Positions 26,260-39,845 of a DNA stretch of 64,000 bases are shown piece after piece (within the stretch, counting starts at the first letter, position 1; each line of letters begins with the position of its first letter). The position numbers and the translations under genes are program-made. The DNA is from Octopus vulgaris (taxonomy: Eukaryota). Location: the NCBI GenBank assembly GCA_951406725.2, contig OX597817.1:149234001-149298000 (forward strand), given 5' to 3'. A model generated the notes under the pieces. It saw only the letters and a program-made list of their open reading frames with translations. It was not told where the DNA came from and searched no databases.

Positions 26260-26960
26260 CCAAGCGGATGCGTGAGGCATTCCAGTGGTTCTTTGTTCAG
26301 CTTTCTGCTAGGAGCAGCGAATCGGGAACGATTGCGGACTTTGTAGCAACGTTGATAGCTTGGTGCAGCTCTCCGAAGATTGCTGTTGTGAGTCGGAGAT
26401 AATAACAACTAAGGTTCAGTCAGCGGTGAGTCGTTGCGTGGGAGGTAAATAGTCAGGTTTGGATGGACTACCTGTTTCTTAATTACCCACAAGGGGCTAA
26501 ACACAGAGAGGACAAACAAGGACAGACAAACGGATTAAGTCGATTACATCGACCCCAGTGCGTAAGTGGTACTTAATTTATCGACCCCGAAAGGATGAAA
26601 GGCAAAGTCGACCTCGGCGGAATTTGAACTCAGAACGTAACGGCAGAAGGCAGACGAAATACGGCTAACGTTTCTGCCAGCTCGCCGTCTTTTGGATGGA
26701 CTACCGTGTCAGTTTTTCTGATAAATGTCATCTACAACTAGCAGCAGGAGATGAATCCTAGCTTTGAGAGGTAGGAATTTGTAGAGTTGCTGAGGGAAAC
26801 CCTGGGAAAATGCGGCGTAACTGATCATTTGCGTTCCATTGTCAGTCGTGGAGCCTGGAAAACTGGAACCGGTTAATCTGATTGAGCTCTGATACGCCCG
26901 GACCTTCAAGTGAATAAGAGAGGGGACGAGGGTATATGCAGGATTACTAGTCTCACTCAT
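26260..26960 (+). mobile_element. Decayed L1/Tx1-like RT-region remnant split by a SINE
   Basis: GK*SGLDGLP (KSPGxDGLP motif) at ~26442-26472; boundaries approximate. Confidence 0.45.
26473..26690 (-). mobile_element. SINE family A with 15-bp target-site duplication
   Basis: tttggatggactacc at 26458-26472 and 26691-26705. Confidence 0.92.
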
Positions 26961-27079
26961 AATTGGATTAAGTGGAAGCTATCTTTGAAATATCGAGTAA
27001 AGTTGACAAATGAGTCCTTATATATTACAGCTTAGGTTTAGGATCTCGGGGTATTTAAAAGTGGAATATGTCTTTTCAT

Positions 27080-27265
27080 GCGCCGGGCGAAATGCTAAGC
27101 AGTATTTCTTCTGTCTTTACGTTCTGAGTTCAAATTCCACCGAGGTCGACTTTGCCTTCCATCCTTTCGGCGTCGATAAATTAGGCACCAGTTGCGTACT
27201 GGGGTCGATCTAACCGATTGGCCTCCTCCCTCAAAATTTAGGACCTTGTGCCAAGAGTAGAAAAG
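27080..27265 (+). mobile_element. SINE family A, short-tail variant
   Basis: Family A body with tail ..aaaatttaggaccttgtgccaagagtagaaaag. Confidence 0.85.
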
Positions 27266-28425
27266 TATATAGGTTTTCATGCTTTTGTGCTTCGTCGTAG
27301 TTTTCGTCTAGCCAGGTTGCACTGTTTTTTCTTTCACTTCTTGTGCAAATGACGAGTTCCAAATGCCAAGCTGCCCTCTACTTCCAATACATCGGCGCAG
27401 ATAGTTCAGTATGTCTGCTCATGTGCATTTATGCAAATATCCGTGGACGGTGTGCAACATTGGTTGTCTTTTCCTACACACCTTTCCTTTCATCTTGTCA
27501 TTTTAACGGAGCTATTGTCTTGATGCCGGGCGAAGACCCAGTCTAAGCACCCTAGAATAGTGTCGAATTCTCCCAGCCTGCTACAAGTGAGGTTGTATGG
27601 TCGGCAAAACCTCCATGGTTGCATTTCATAAACGATTGATGGGATGGAACAGCATTAATATTCTCCAAGAAAGTCCGGGCGCGACAAGAATATTCTCCTT
27701 GGTATGTTCCATAAGACACGCAGCCTGGGAAATATGCATGGCTTCCTGAACTCTCTGATTCTTGATAGTGCATACGCTATTGCCGAACCGCTTAGGTGAC
27801 GGGAACGAAAACAAGCCAACACCGATTGTCAAGGGGTGAACGGACAAATGCATAGACACACACACACACATACACACCTGTATATACATATGCGTGTGTA
27901 TGTGTGCGTGTATGTATGTGTGTGTGTAATGGACTCACGTCGCTTCGGTAATGTAATTTTCCGTAAAACATAGATGCAAGGTGCTCCCAGTTGAACGGAG
28001 GTACCGTAGACTTGGTTTACCGAACAACCTGGTCTATTTGGTTCGTGCAGAACCAGTTGCACTCTCTTGTCCTTCAAACCTGCATTGGTTCGATGCAGCA
28101 AGTGTCACGAGCCCCGTAGTTATCAGGATAAAGGACACATATGGAGTTAACTTTTCTTAGTTGAGGGTCTCATTTGTCTTGGCTCCATTGAGGGTGGGGG
28201 GCAGCGAGACATTTTTTCCAGAGGCAATTACGTGACATGCTAGTTAACACATAGCCTGGACCCTGACATGTGCTATTACTCCAGATCAGAGTAGATTTCG
28301 GAACAATAGGCGCTAAAGGTTGGGTCCTCACTGATCATGACCCGGGAACCCCAAAACCCAGGGTCGTACTCCTGGATGTAGTCTAACTTCATACCGAGAA
28401 CTAATATATATATATATATATATAT

Positions 28426-28655
28426 ATTTCTTTACTACCCACAAGGGGCTAAACACAGAGGGGACAAACAAGGACAGACAAAGCGATTAAGTCGATTCCA
28501 TCGACCCCAGTGCGTAACTGGTATTTAATTTATCGACCTGGAAAGGATGAAAGGCAAAGTCGACCTCGGCGGAATTTGAACTCAGAACGTAACGGCAGAC
28601 GAAATACGGCTTCGCATTTCGCCCGGCGTGCTACCGTTTCTGCCAGCTCGCCGCC
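28426..28655 (-). mobile_element. SINE family A, full length
   Basis: Reverse complement of the family A consensus. Confidence 0.9.
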
Positions 28656-28989
28656 ACCTTCCATACAGTTTCCGCCAACAAACTCACTCACAAGGCCTTA
28701 GTTGACTCGAGGCTATCATAAAGAACACTCGCTGATGGTGCCGCACAGTAGGACTGAACCCGAAATCACATGATTTTGAAACAAGCTCCTTAACCATATA
28801 CGCATGCTTACACCTAGTAATAGGTAATAAATAAAATTAAAAAACGGGGTCGGCAGCACGACTAGAACCTTGTACCTCTTAACCGGCTGTCCAGTACGCT
28901 ATCCACTGCACTATTTACAATCTCTTACTAATAAACGGAATATTATATATCCTCACAGCAACAATGCAACATTGGATATCATTAGATAA

Positions 28990-29223
28990 CTACATTAAAG
29001 ATGGATGGTGATATCGTATAGATGATACTACTGCTGCTACCGATGCTGCTGCTGCTCTTGCTGCTGTTGCTGTTGCTGGAGCCCGCACTGCTACTTATGG
29101 TGGTGACCATTCTGGAGCTCCTGCTTGTGGTAATGCTAGTGATATTGATTATGGTGATAATCCTGAGCGTGTTGTGGACGACGACGACGATGGTGATGTT
29201 GATGATGATGATGATGATGAATG

Positions 29224-29302
<79 letters not shown>

Positions 29303-29769
29303 GGTGGTGATGGTGGTGGTGGTGGTTGTGGTTGTGGTGATGATGGTGATGATGGTGATGATGGTGATGTTGATGGTGATGATGATGATGATGCTGATGA
29401 TGATGCTGATGATAATGATGATGATGATCATTATGATGATGGCATTCATCATAATAATTATGCTGCCGGTAAGAAGAAATAATGATGAGGGTGAGAAGGC
29501 GGAAGGAGGGAGAGGAGGAGGAGGTGGAAGATTCTGCTTACATAAGCCAGAGTTAGACCTGCTGCTGCTTTTGTTGTTGTTATTGCTACTGCTGCTGCTG
29601 CTGCTGCTGCTATTGATTATGATGATGATGATGATGCTGATGACGACGACGATGATGATGATGATGATGGTGTTGATTATCAACGTCATTGTACTTTCTC
29701 TGGCGGTGATGATGGTGGTGATGGTGGTGATGTTGCTAATATTAGTATTAGTAGCAGTAGTAGTAGTAA

Positions 29770-29820
<51 letters not shown>

Positions 29821-30047
29821 CAGCAGCAGCAGCAGCGGTGGTGGTGGTGGTGGTGGTGGTGGTGGTAGTGATGCTGATGGTTCTGTTGATGGTGGAGATA
29901 GCGATGGTGATGGTGGCGATGGTAATTCTAAACATAGCGATAGTGAAGATGATGATAATGATATTATGATGATGATAATAATAGCGGTGGTGGTGGTTGG
30001 TGGTGGTTGGTGGTGATGGTGATGAAGGTGGCAGCGACGACGGAGAC

Positions 30048-30098
<51 letters not shown>

Positions 30099-30110
30099 CA
30101 ACAATAATCA
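28990..30110. repeat. Compound in-phase trinucleotide tract (GAT/GGT/GCT/GTA/AAT)
   Basis: Direct inspection; produces the 315-317 aa homopolymer ORFs. Confidence 0.92.
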
Positions 30111-30619
30111 TAGTGACGCTGATGACGGATGTATCATTTGATATTTCAGCGTTCTGCTTAAAAACTGCTAGTCACAAACAAGAGCCGAGTCACTATACAA
30201 CGACAGGACGAAAGGCGACCGAGTGACTGCAGCTGGTCTTTGCAACGAAGCTGTTTCTGGTGCAGTTGCTTGTTATTACTACCGGTAATACCACAACCAC
30301 CGCTACCACCACTACTACTACTACTACTACATACATCCGACTGGAGCCAGGCAGTATATTTTGTAGATCATCGTCACATTCTTTCCTTTGGTACAACAAC
30401 GACAATGGACAGTTCCAGAGTTGCAGGACGGCTGGACGGAGGAGTGGCGACCCAGGTGAAAGAAGTTTGGGCAACATTTCATTCAGATTTCTGGTACATG
30501 TTTTTGTTTTTTGGTGTTTTTGTTGTTGTCGGTTTTTAATTTTTTTAATATTTCTTTATTTGTTGGTTGGTGAATTTGTTTATGAATTTTTTTTTTTCGA
30601 AAAAAAAATATTTTGCTAA

Positions 30620-30922
30620 TCTTTATATATAAAAGTGAAGTTGTGTGAGTGTCTGTCTCCTACGATTTAGATTCCTAACTACTCCCACATTTTGCGGTGC
30701 AGTTTAACCAAAAGCGGGTATCTTATAGTCGTCATTCATATCGAGCCCTTCTGGGTATTAGCGCGCGTCTATGAAGAGTCTACGATTTTAAAAAAAATTT
30801 ACCATCAAAATTTCCCATTTTTAATGCATTTTTATGCTATTATATAAGGGAAGTAACTCTCTAAAAATGCTTATATAGTTATTTCCCTTACAAACCCGAG
30901 CAACGCCGGGCGATACTGCTAG
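30620..30922 (+). mobile_element. Short non-autonomous Helitron
   Basis: A|TCtttatatataaaa...cccgagcaacgccggg hairpin...CTAG|T; no TSD. Confidence 0.85.
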
Positions 30923-31189
30923 TTAATAATATATTATTCCACTAGCAAACATTTGTTTGCCCGTTGTTCTATATATCATCATAATCGTTATAATCATCAT
31001 CGTTATCATCGCCATGGGATAATCAACAAGTCCTGCCATCTATGCGATATCCATATAGCGCTAACATTACGCCACCTCGAAACACGGACGTCACCCTCAT
31101 CCACACAAAATCCACTGAAATCGCTACCAGCAACAACAAACACATTCAAATAAATCTGCGTGTAAGACTGTTTTTTTCAGACAATATTT

Positions 31190-31573
31190 GTGTGTGTATT
31201 ATGTATGTATGTATGTATGTATGCATGTATGTATGCATGTATGTATGTATGCATGTATGTATGTATGTACGTATGTATGCATGTATATATATGTGTGTGT
31301 GTATGAACGTATATATATATATGTATGTATACATGTATGTATGTATATATATATATATATGTATGCATGTATGTATGTTTGTATATATATACACACATTT
31401 ATGCATGTAAAGACAGAAAAATATTCCATTCATATATACAGGATTGTATATATGGATGTATATATAAATACATGTGTGAGTGGATGTATACGTTTCTGTA
31501 TACATATATATATATATATATATATATATTATACATACATGGACACACACATATGGATATATATAAATATTTG

Positions 31574-31613
<40 letters not shown>

Positions 31614-31670
31614 TACAGGTATATATACATATATATATATAGGTATATATATATACATATATATACATAT

Positions 31671-31706
<36 letters not shown>

Positions 31707-32143
31707 TGTGTGTGTGTGTGTGTGTACGGCGAGAGAAGCATCCCGTCCATATTGCAGATACAGTAGCAACACTACTCGCTACCATGAATGATACTCCACA
31801 GGTGACGTGTGTACTTTTACTTATAAAATAGAGAGATAAAGAAAATTACAAGATTCATATATGGCGGAGATAAACACGTAACGGCAATCACATATAAGAC
31901 TGTGTCACAGTCATGGCGGTGGGCTTAAAAATGTTCACTTCGCAACCACGTGTTTCGGTTTCAGGCCCACTGACCAAGATGTTAGGCAAGAGTTTCTACT
32001 CTATCCCAGAGCTGTCCAGTGCCTTGTGAGTGAATTCTTTGGATGGAGCCATTTTCGGAACTTCTCACGTTTATATACATTTGTGTGTGTGTGTGTGTAT
32101 ACTCGACAAATTCCGAAACATACATATATATTTATATATCTAT

Positions 32144-32188
<45 letters not shown>

Positions 32189-32342
32189 TACTCACACACG
32201 TATATATATATTTATACACATACATACCCACACACATATATGTGGGTGGGTGTGTATATGCGTGTGTGAATGCATATATATCTATATATATAAAAACATA
32301 TATGGGTGTGTGCGTGTGTGTTTGTGTAAGTGAGTATGTGTG

Positions 32343-32381
<39 letters not shown>

Positions 32382-32563
32382 ATGTGTGTGTATATGTATA
32401 CATATATATGTATATGTATATACATACACACACACATACATATATATATAAACATATATATATACATATATATACATATATACATATATATATACATATA
32501 TATATATATATGCATATATATATATGTGTATATGTGTATATATATATACATATATATATATGC

Positions 32564-32596
<33 letters not shown>

Positions 32597-32622
32597 TATA
32601 TGTAAATGTATATATATATATA

Positions 32623-32660
<38 letters not shown>

Positions 32661-32695
32661 GTATGTATGTATGTATGTATGTATGTATATATTTT
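31190..32695. repeat. Compound (TA)/(TATG)/(CA) microsatellite fields with a decayed SINE B head near 31915-32060
   Basis: Direct inspection. Confidence 0.85.
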
Positions 32696-33011
32696 TGAAA
32701 GTCTATGAGAATTGATACACATTTTGAAGCGTAGAGATGATTTTTTTAAAAATTTATTTAAAAATGAAATTATTTTTTAAAAAAAGGTTATGAAATCTTT
32801 TAGAAGGAAGTTATTAACCTTTTTGGGGAAAAATTTTTTTCCTAATGTGTGAGCACTTTCGTTTAACCTTTTCAAACACAGCCGTGTGTGTGTTAAGAAA
32901 TTTCCTTTCGAACCTCATATTTCCGGGTTCAGTCCCATTGCGTAACATCTTGGGCAAGTGCCTTCTACTATAGCATGGCGCCGACATCGTATATGTGTAT
33001 ATGTATGTATG

Positions 33012-33056
<45 letters not shown>

Positions 33057-33264
33057 TTATATATTCCCGTAACGCAGTGGTTCCGGAACAGAAACCGATT
33101 TGAAAATACCACGCTTAAAATTAAAACTAAATACTGGGTGGGTGGAAATTCGTTCGATTAAAAATATTCAAGGTGGTACCCCAGCATGGCCGCAGTCTAA
33201 TGAGTGAAAAAATTAAAAGATGAAAGATATACAAATATATATCCTATCATTCGATACATTTGTG

Positions 33265-33339
<75 letters not shown>

Positions 33340-33815
33340 GTAAACACATCAATATGCCTACGAGTAAATGTGCATTTGTAGCCGATTCTGTCTATGTCTC
33401 TTACACGACTGATAATCAGTGTTGGTGTTTTACTGTGTCCCCATGACTTAGCGATTCGGCATAAAGTACCGACTCAAAAATATGTCCTGGGCTCTATTTC
33501 AACAGTAAACACTTTAAGGCTGTGTCCCATAACAAAATCATACATATATACACATACATGTGTATGTAAGTATGTATGTATACATGTATGTATGTGTGCA
33601 TGTGTATATATACACACAGTGTAGCATATGTATACTAAAACATAGAGGTGTCTATATAAACACATATATACACACATACATCTATGTATATTCAAACATT
33701 GTACTCAAGGTACATGTTTATACACACACACACATATATATACATGCATATATATATATATATACATACACATATATATGTATATATATATATATTTATA
33801 TATCTATGTATATGC

Positions 33816-33865
<50 letters not shown>

Positions 33866-33953
33866 GCCTTGTGAGTGGATTTCTTAGATGGAAACGGAAA
33901 GAAGCCCGTCGTCCATATATGTGTATGCTTGTATGTGAGTGTGTGTGTTTATA

Positions 33954-34590
33954 GGTTTCGGCCAAGTCAAACTTAATAGCACCCATGGCCCACTCAAGAG
34001 ATATTATTAATGGAGATATATGAGGGTATGTGAGGTTGGTCCGGGAATTTTTGAAGAAATTTGTTCAGTGAACTTTTTAATTTTATTGGATCCGTTTCCG
34101 TTTTGACGTATTTTAGTTTGGTATTAAAAAGACCTGAACCGGTTGAGGTAAAGTAGTTGTGACGTAATGTTGTCATGTGTCCCGAATTCGATTTTTGTAG
34201 TGGGTGGATGGCACGGGGCCAAGTCTTGGATGGATTTTAAAATTGATACCAACATCATTTGTGCAATATTGATGAAATATTTCCCAGATCACACAAATGA
34301 TGTAGCTTTCCTGGCGGCGTTGGAGACAGTAGAGAATGAGATTTTTTTAGTCGACCCCAATAGACAATGCCTGTCATGCTGTCTATCTTTCTTGTTCTTG
34401 ACCTCTGGATTTCTTCCACTTTTATAATGAATTGCTTCGTAAGCAGTGACCACAGTGGGCATGGGCATCAAGTATTCTAGGTGAGGTCGAGCAAAAGTAG
34501 TGTAGAGAAACATGATGGTGTAAGCATCTCTAGACTGGAAAGTTCTCAGAATCCATGAGCACATCTTGCAGGCCAAGTCAACCTTGCTAT
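33954..34590 (-). mobile_element. CR1-group LINE 3' fragment, second subfamily
   Basis: [26 protein letters not shown]; LKSSLNKFLQKFPDQP; different 3' tail. Confidence 0.82.
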
Positions 34591-34628
34591 TTATATGTGG
34601 AAACTCATATATACAAACATGCACATAC

Positions 34629-34684
<56 letters not shown>

Positions 34685-34703
34685 AGATATATATATATGT
34701 ATG

Positions 34704-34774
<71 letters not shown>

Positions 34775-34790
34775 GTATATATATGTACGT

Positions 34791-35120
34791 GTGGCTATGT
34801 GGTAAGAAGCTTGCTTGCCAACCACATGGTTTAGGGTTCAGTCCCACAGCGAGGTAACTTGGACAAGTGTCTTATACTATAGCACCGGCCCGGCTAATGC
34901 CTTATGAGTAGATTTCTTAGATGGAAACGGAAAGAAGCCCGTCGTACATATATGTGTATGCGTGTATGTGTGTGTGTTTATCTGTATTTATCCCCCCACC
35001 ACCGACTGACAACTGGTGTTGATGTGTTTATGTTCCCGTAACCTAGCGGTTCAGCAAAAGAAACTGACAGAATATACATCAGGCTTTAAAAATAGTTACT
35101 AAAGTCTATTCATTCGACTA
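34791..35120 (+). mobile_element. SINE family B, diverged
   Basis: gtggctatgtggtaagaagcttgc head and body. Confidence 0.8.
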
Positions 35121-35130
35121 TAACAAGTAA

Positions 35131-35281
35131 AATGTTGATGTTGAAACTCCAATGAAGGCGCCTTGGGTCTAGATTAGAAACCGGCTCATTCTTTGGTTGC
35201 AAGAAATCTTGAAATATGAACTGAACGATGACATACATACATACATACATACATACATACATACATACATACATACATACA

Positions 35282-35312
<31 letters not shown>

Positions 35313-35794
35313 CATACATACATACATACATACATACATACATACAAAAATGCCCTATTGCTGACGTTGAAATTCCAGTGAAGGAGTTTTGGATCCTGTT
35401 TAGAAAACAGGTCTTTATTCGAAAGAAATTATGAAATAAATTAATTAATGACATACATACTCACATACATACATGCATACACACATACATACATGCATAC
35501 ACACATACATACCCTGTTGTTGGTGTTGAAATTTTAATGAAGGAGCCTTGGATCTAATTTAGAAAATTGCTCTTTCTCTATTGGCCAGAAAGCTTGGAAT
35601 GAAACTGAAGAATCACATACAAGCATCCGTACATACATACAAAAATGCCCTGTTGTTGATGCTGAAATTCCAATGAAGGAATCTAGAATCTAGGTTAGAA
35701 ACCGATTCTTTCTCAATTGGCAAAGAAACCTTGAAACAAACTGCCTAATGACATACATACATACATACATACATACATACATAGACAGACAGAA

Positions 35795-35835
<41 letters not shown>

Positions 35836-36123
35836 AACAAACAAACAAAAATACTCTGTTGTTGATGATGAAATTCCAATGAAGGAGATTGGGTTCTAGT
35901 TTAGAAAGCGGTTCTTTATTCGCAAGAATTCGTGAAATAAACTGAATAATGACATACATACATACATACATACATACAGTCAGACAGACAGACAGACAGA
36001 CAAACAAACAAACAAAAATACCCTGTTGTTGATGTTGAAATTCCAATGAATGAGCCTTGGATCTGAGTTAGAAACCGGTTCTTTCTCTATTGGCAAGAAA
36101 TCTTGAAATAAACTGAATAATGA
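35131..36123 (+). repeat. Six ~105-bp units separated by (ACAT)n/(ACAG)n spacers
   Basis: Unit ccctgttgttgatgttgaaattccaatgaaggagccttggatctaggttagaaaccggttctttctc..aaactgaataatgacat starting near 35131, 35345, 35511, 35641, 35845, 36013. Confidence 0.9.
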
Positions 36124-36230
36124 CATACATACATACATACATACATACATACATACATACATACTTACATACATACATTACATTACATACATACATTACA
36201 TACATACATTACACACATTGCATACATACA

Positions 36231-36261
<31 letters not shown>

Positions 36262-36380
36262 CATACATACATACATTACATACATACATACATACATACA
36301 TTACATACATACATACATACATACATACATTACATACATACATTACATACATACATACATACATACATTACATACATACA

Positions 36381-36411
<31 letters not shown>

Positions 36412-36512
36412 CATACATACATACATACATACATACATACATACATACATACATACATTACATACATACATACATACATTACATACATACATACATACAT
36501 TACATACATACA

Positions 36513-36543
<31 letters not shown>

Positions 36544-36624
36544 CATACATACATACATTACATACATACATACATACATACATACATTACATACATACAT
36601 ACATACATACATTACATACATACA

Positions 36625-36655
<31 letters not shown>

Positions 36656-36798
36656 CATTACATACATACATTACATACATACATACATTACATACATACA
36701 TTACATACATACATACATACATAGATACATACATACATACATACATACATACATACATACATACATACATACATACATACATACATACATACATACAT
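36124..36798. repeat. (ACAT)n array with interspersed ACATT variants
   Basis: Direct inspection. Confidence 0.95.
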
Positions 36799-37230
36799 AA
36801 GAGTGGATGGTACTGTAGCATCCACCCTTAAGGGTTAGCCATATTCAAATGGCAAATATGCGTCACGGTGTGTTACCGTTACTGTTTATAACTCGCTCTG
36901 AGATTTATCATTATATATATATATATATATATGAGTGTTTATATATACATACACACCCATGCATACATGCGAACATTCGAAACGCGGAGCAGATAAAACA
37001 GGGGACAACTGATGCAGGGAATGTTCTTTATGTTGTCTGTCTCGTTTTTCTATTTGTTTCTTTCGTTGTTCGAATAAAAAGTTCGTTCTCCATGTTTTTG
37101 GTTTTCATGTTCTCGTTTCTCATTTTGTTCACGTTTTGTTGACGTCCTGTACTCATATATGCATGTATATATACATATATATGAAAGTATGTACATATAT
37201 GCATGTATATATGCATATATATATATTATT

Positions 37231-37313
<83 letters not shown>

Positions 37314-39674
37314 CACACACAAATTCACACTCAGGCACTCAGGCATGCACACACTATCTGTGTATGTGCTAGTGTGTCTGTGTGTAAACATATGTATGTG
37401 TATATAATATATATAATATATATATATAATGTGATATAAATTTTATTTAAATATTTACATGATAACCATTACAATCCTTGGACGTTCACACATTATATGA
37501 ATATACAAAATGCTTATGCCCATACACCCACCAAACGTTCGCGCGTGCGCATACACGTATAGTGTTTATCCAATAAAGGAAAACTAATATTAGATAACAT
37601 ATAAAACCCCATCGCTAAGATCAAGCTAAGTTAAGCAAGTAAGACAAAAGGAAATTCATATTTGTTTTAATCTTCCTTAAACCTGTCCATTTTCCTGATA
37701 ATTATATTAGTGGTACGAATACATCCTGACCTACTTAAGATTCTTTTAACACTAAGAAAATAATCTGTTCCCTTAACTTCCAGAAAGGTCACTCTATGTT
37801 TATATCTCAAATTTCACCACAATCTCTATATTCATTTACCCTGATATTTCATGATCCCTCACCAAATGTATAATTTAAGAATGAATATATTGCCCTTGAA
37901 TCTTGAGTTCATTTCTCCAATTGGTATGGGTAACCCCTAGAATAAAGTTGCATAGGATTATCAACCTTTGCCCTGAAACATGTATCGTAATTGATTTCAT
38001 ATAAATCAACTGAGCATACATAAGTACTACATCGGAGGGTACTAGGATACTTAAGCAACAGAAACACGTGTCGGTATGAAATTTGGAAAAAATATTTTGA
38101 TTAATAAATAAAATTTGAAGATGTACAAATTCTCCATTCTTTAGTTTGTGAGATCCGAAGTGATCGTGACACAGACAGTCTGTTAGCCTCAAGCATAGAG
38201 AAGGTTTAGTGCATAACACAAAGTGGATGATAATCAATTAATAGATTTATCGATCAATAAATCCATTACACTTCATTCCAAATCGAATGGAAATTCAGAT
38301 AAGATTCTCATCCATATACAACTCCGGTGTATAGTAACGGAAGTTGTTAATGCAGTAATGTGTGTGTGTGTGTGTGTGTGTGTAGTTTGCATATATGCCA
38401 CTACATGAGGGATAGAATTTTCTAATAATTCTATCCCATCTTTGAGGAGGTACAGAGGCCTTTGACGGTAATTTGTCTGGCACGCCTAACAATATTCACG
38501 CTTTCCCAGAAGCCTTCATCGAAATAAACTTTGGTGTAGTTATGTCGTCGCAGATCAGTCGCAATCGTCAAATTATTAAAAAAGTGTTCCATTCATGACT
38601 ATCCCATCATTCGTTTAAAGGAACTATTTTACCCAATATAGCCCTTATTTAAGGATGTGATTTATGAGTTTTAGCTGGCATTTTCAGCAGGCTGAGTGAC
38701 CATGTGCCAGCGACCTTTTCAACAACATCGTCTGCAAATAAACATCTTTCTCTCTCTCTTCTCCCTCTCTCTCTCTCCCTTCTCCCTCTCTCTCTCTCTC
38801 TCTCTCCCTCTTCCCCGCTCTCTGCTTCTTCCTTCTTTGGGTCATCCCTCTCCTATTTTACACTTTCTATTTTCTATTTTCTTAGTAGGTGATTGGGCTA
38901 ACACGCTAGCCACTTCATTATTTCACTTGTAACATTTAGAGACGGTATTCTTCCCACTTCGAGTGGATAATTCTTTTTTTAAAAAAAACTTCATTTAAAA
39001 TGTCATTTGTTTCCTTATTCCCACTAAATTGGATGGTCCGTTCTATTACATGTTTGCTTAATAACTGTCATATTCAGCAAACTGAACAGTTGTGTGTGTT
39101 TTACCAAAACATGTCTCGTCCGATGGTAAAAGTGCTTGGCGTTACGAATGTTTATCCTAGCTACAACGCGTCCATTCTTTTATGTATGTAAATATATACA
39201 TTTCAGACAAATGTAAAATTATGTAAACGATAGATGTAAAATTGTATGAAACCAGAGATGTTCATTATATTTGCTATTACTTGGAATGGATTTTTTTCCT
39301 CAACCCATTCTTTAACGTATTCTGTATGATACAATTCAACAAATAAATATCATGACAGTAGCAGTAAATATATTTCTTTCAAATTGTAAAACCATTCACC
39401 CATAGTCAAAATGGTTTGGTTGCAAAAACGTTACATTGAAGATACTGTAAGAGATTTTGGACAAGAATTAATGAAAATGAATTGGGATTTGCCCAGAACC
39501 AGAAGTGAAAGAACGATATTTCATGAAATTGTATTTAAAAATGAGCAAAACAACTAGGTTGGTAAATAAAGAACTGTTTTGAACTATGGTTCATGGAAAC
39601 AAAACAATTTTTATAGACTGAAAGTTGCATAGTAAAACAAAAAGAATTGTTTAAAAAGAGCAGCAGTAAAACAG

Positions 39675-39845
39675 TGACGGCCTGTGGCCTACTTGTTAGG
39701 GGTGTTGCGCGAAAGAATGTAGTTTCGACTCCCGAAGCGAGTACTGGATTATGTTCTTGAACAAGGCACTTCATTTCACGTTGTTACTGTCCACTCAGTT
39801 ACACATAAGTGACCCTGCGATGTACTGGAGTCTTGCTTGGTCGGG
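39675..39845 (+). mobile_element. Old SINE family C copy
   Basis: gttcttgaacaaggcacttcatttcacgttg..gtccactcag; related to 56800-56935. Confidence 0.55.

Noticed and set aside
27290-28200. Complex unique-looking sequence, possibly an old retroelement
   Set aside because: No motif I could read with confidence
28845-28915. tRNA-like sequence on minus (tagtgcagtgg..ggttctagtc)
   Set aside because: A/B-box-like only; the cloverleaf stems do not pair, so likely a decayed SINE head
28982-29969. 315-317 aa ORFs on both strands
   Set aside because: Read-through of in-phase trinucleotide repeats; homopolymer peptides with no domain
31146-32715. Many overlapping YI/CV/HT-rich ORFs (also near 11 kb, 36 kb, 45-47 kb and 59-61 kb)
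   Set aside because: Translations of (TA)n, (TG)n and (TATG)n tracts that lack stop codons
35131-36123. CRISPR-like repeat-spacer appearance
   Set aside because: Eukaryotic context, 105-bp diverged units, microsatellite spacers, no cas genes
36975-37025. GAAAcgcg..CTGATGc as a permuted hammerhead
   Set aside because: No UH triplet and no stem I pairing; core ends GC, not GA
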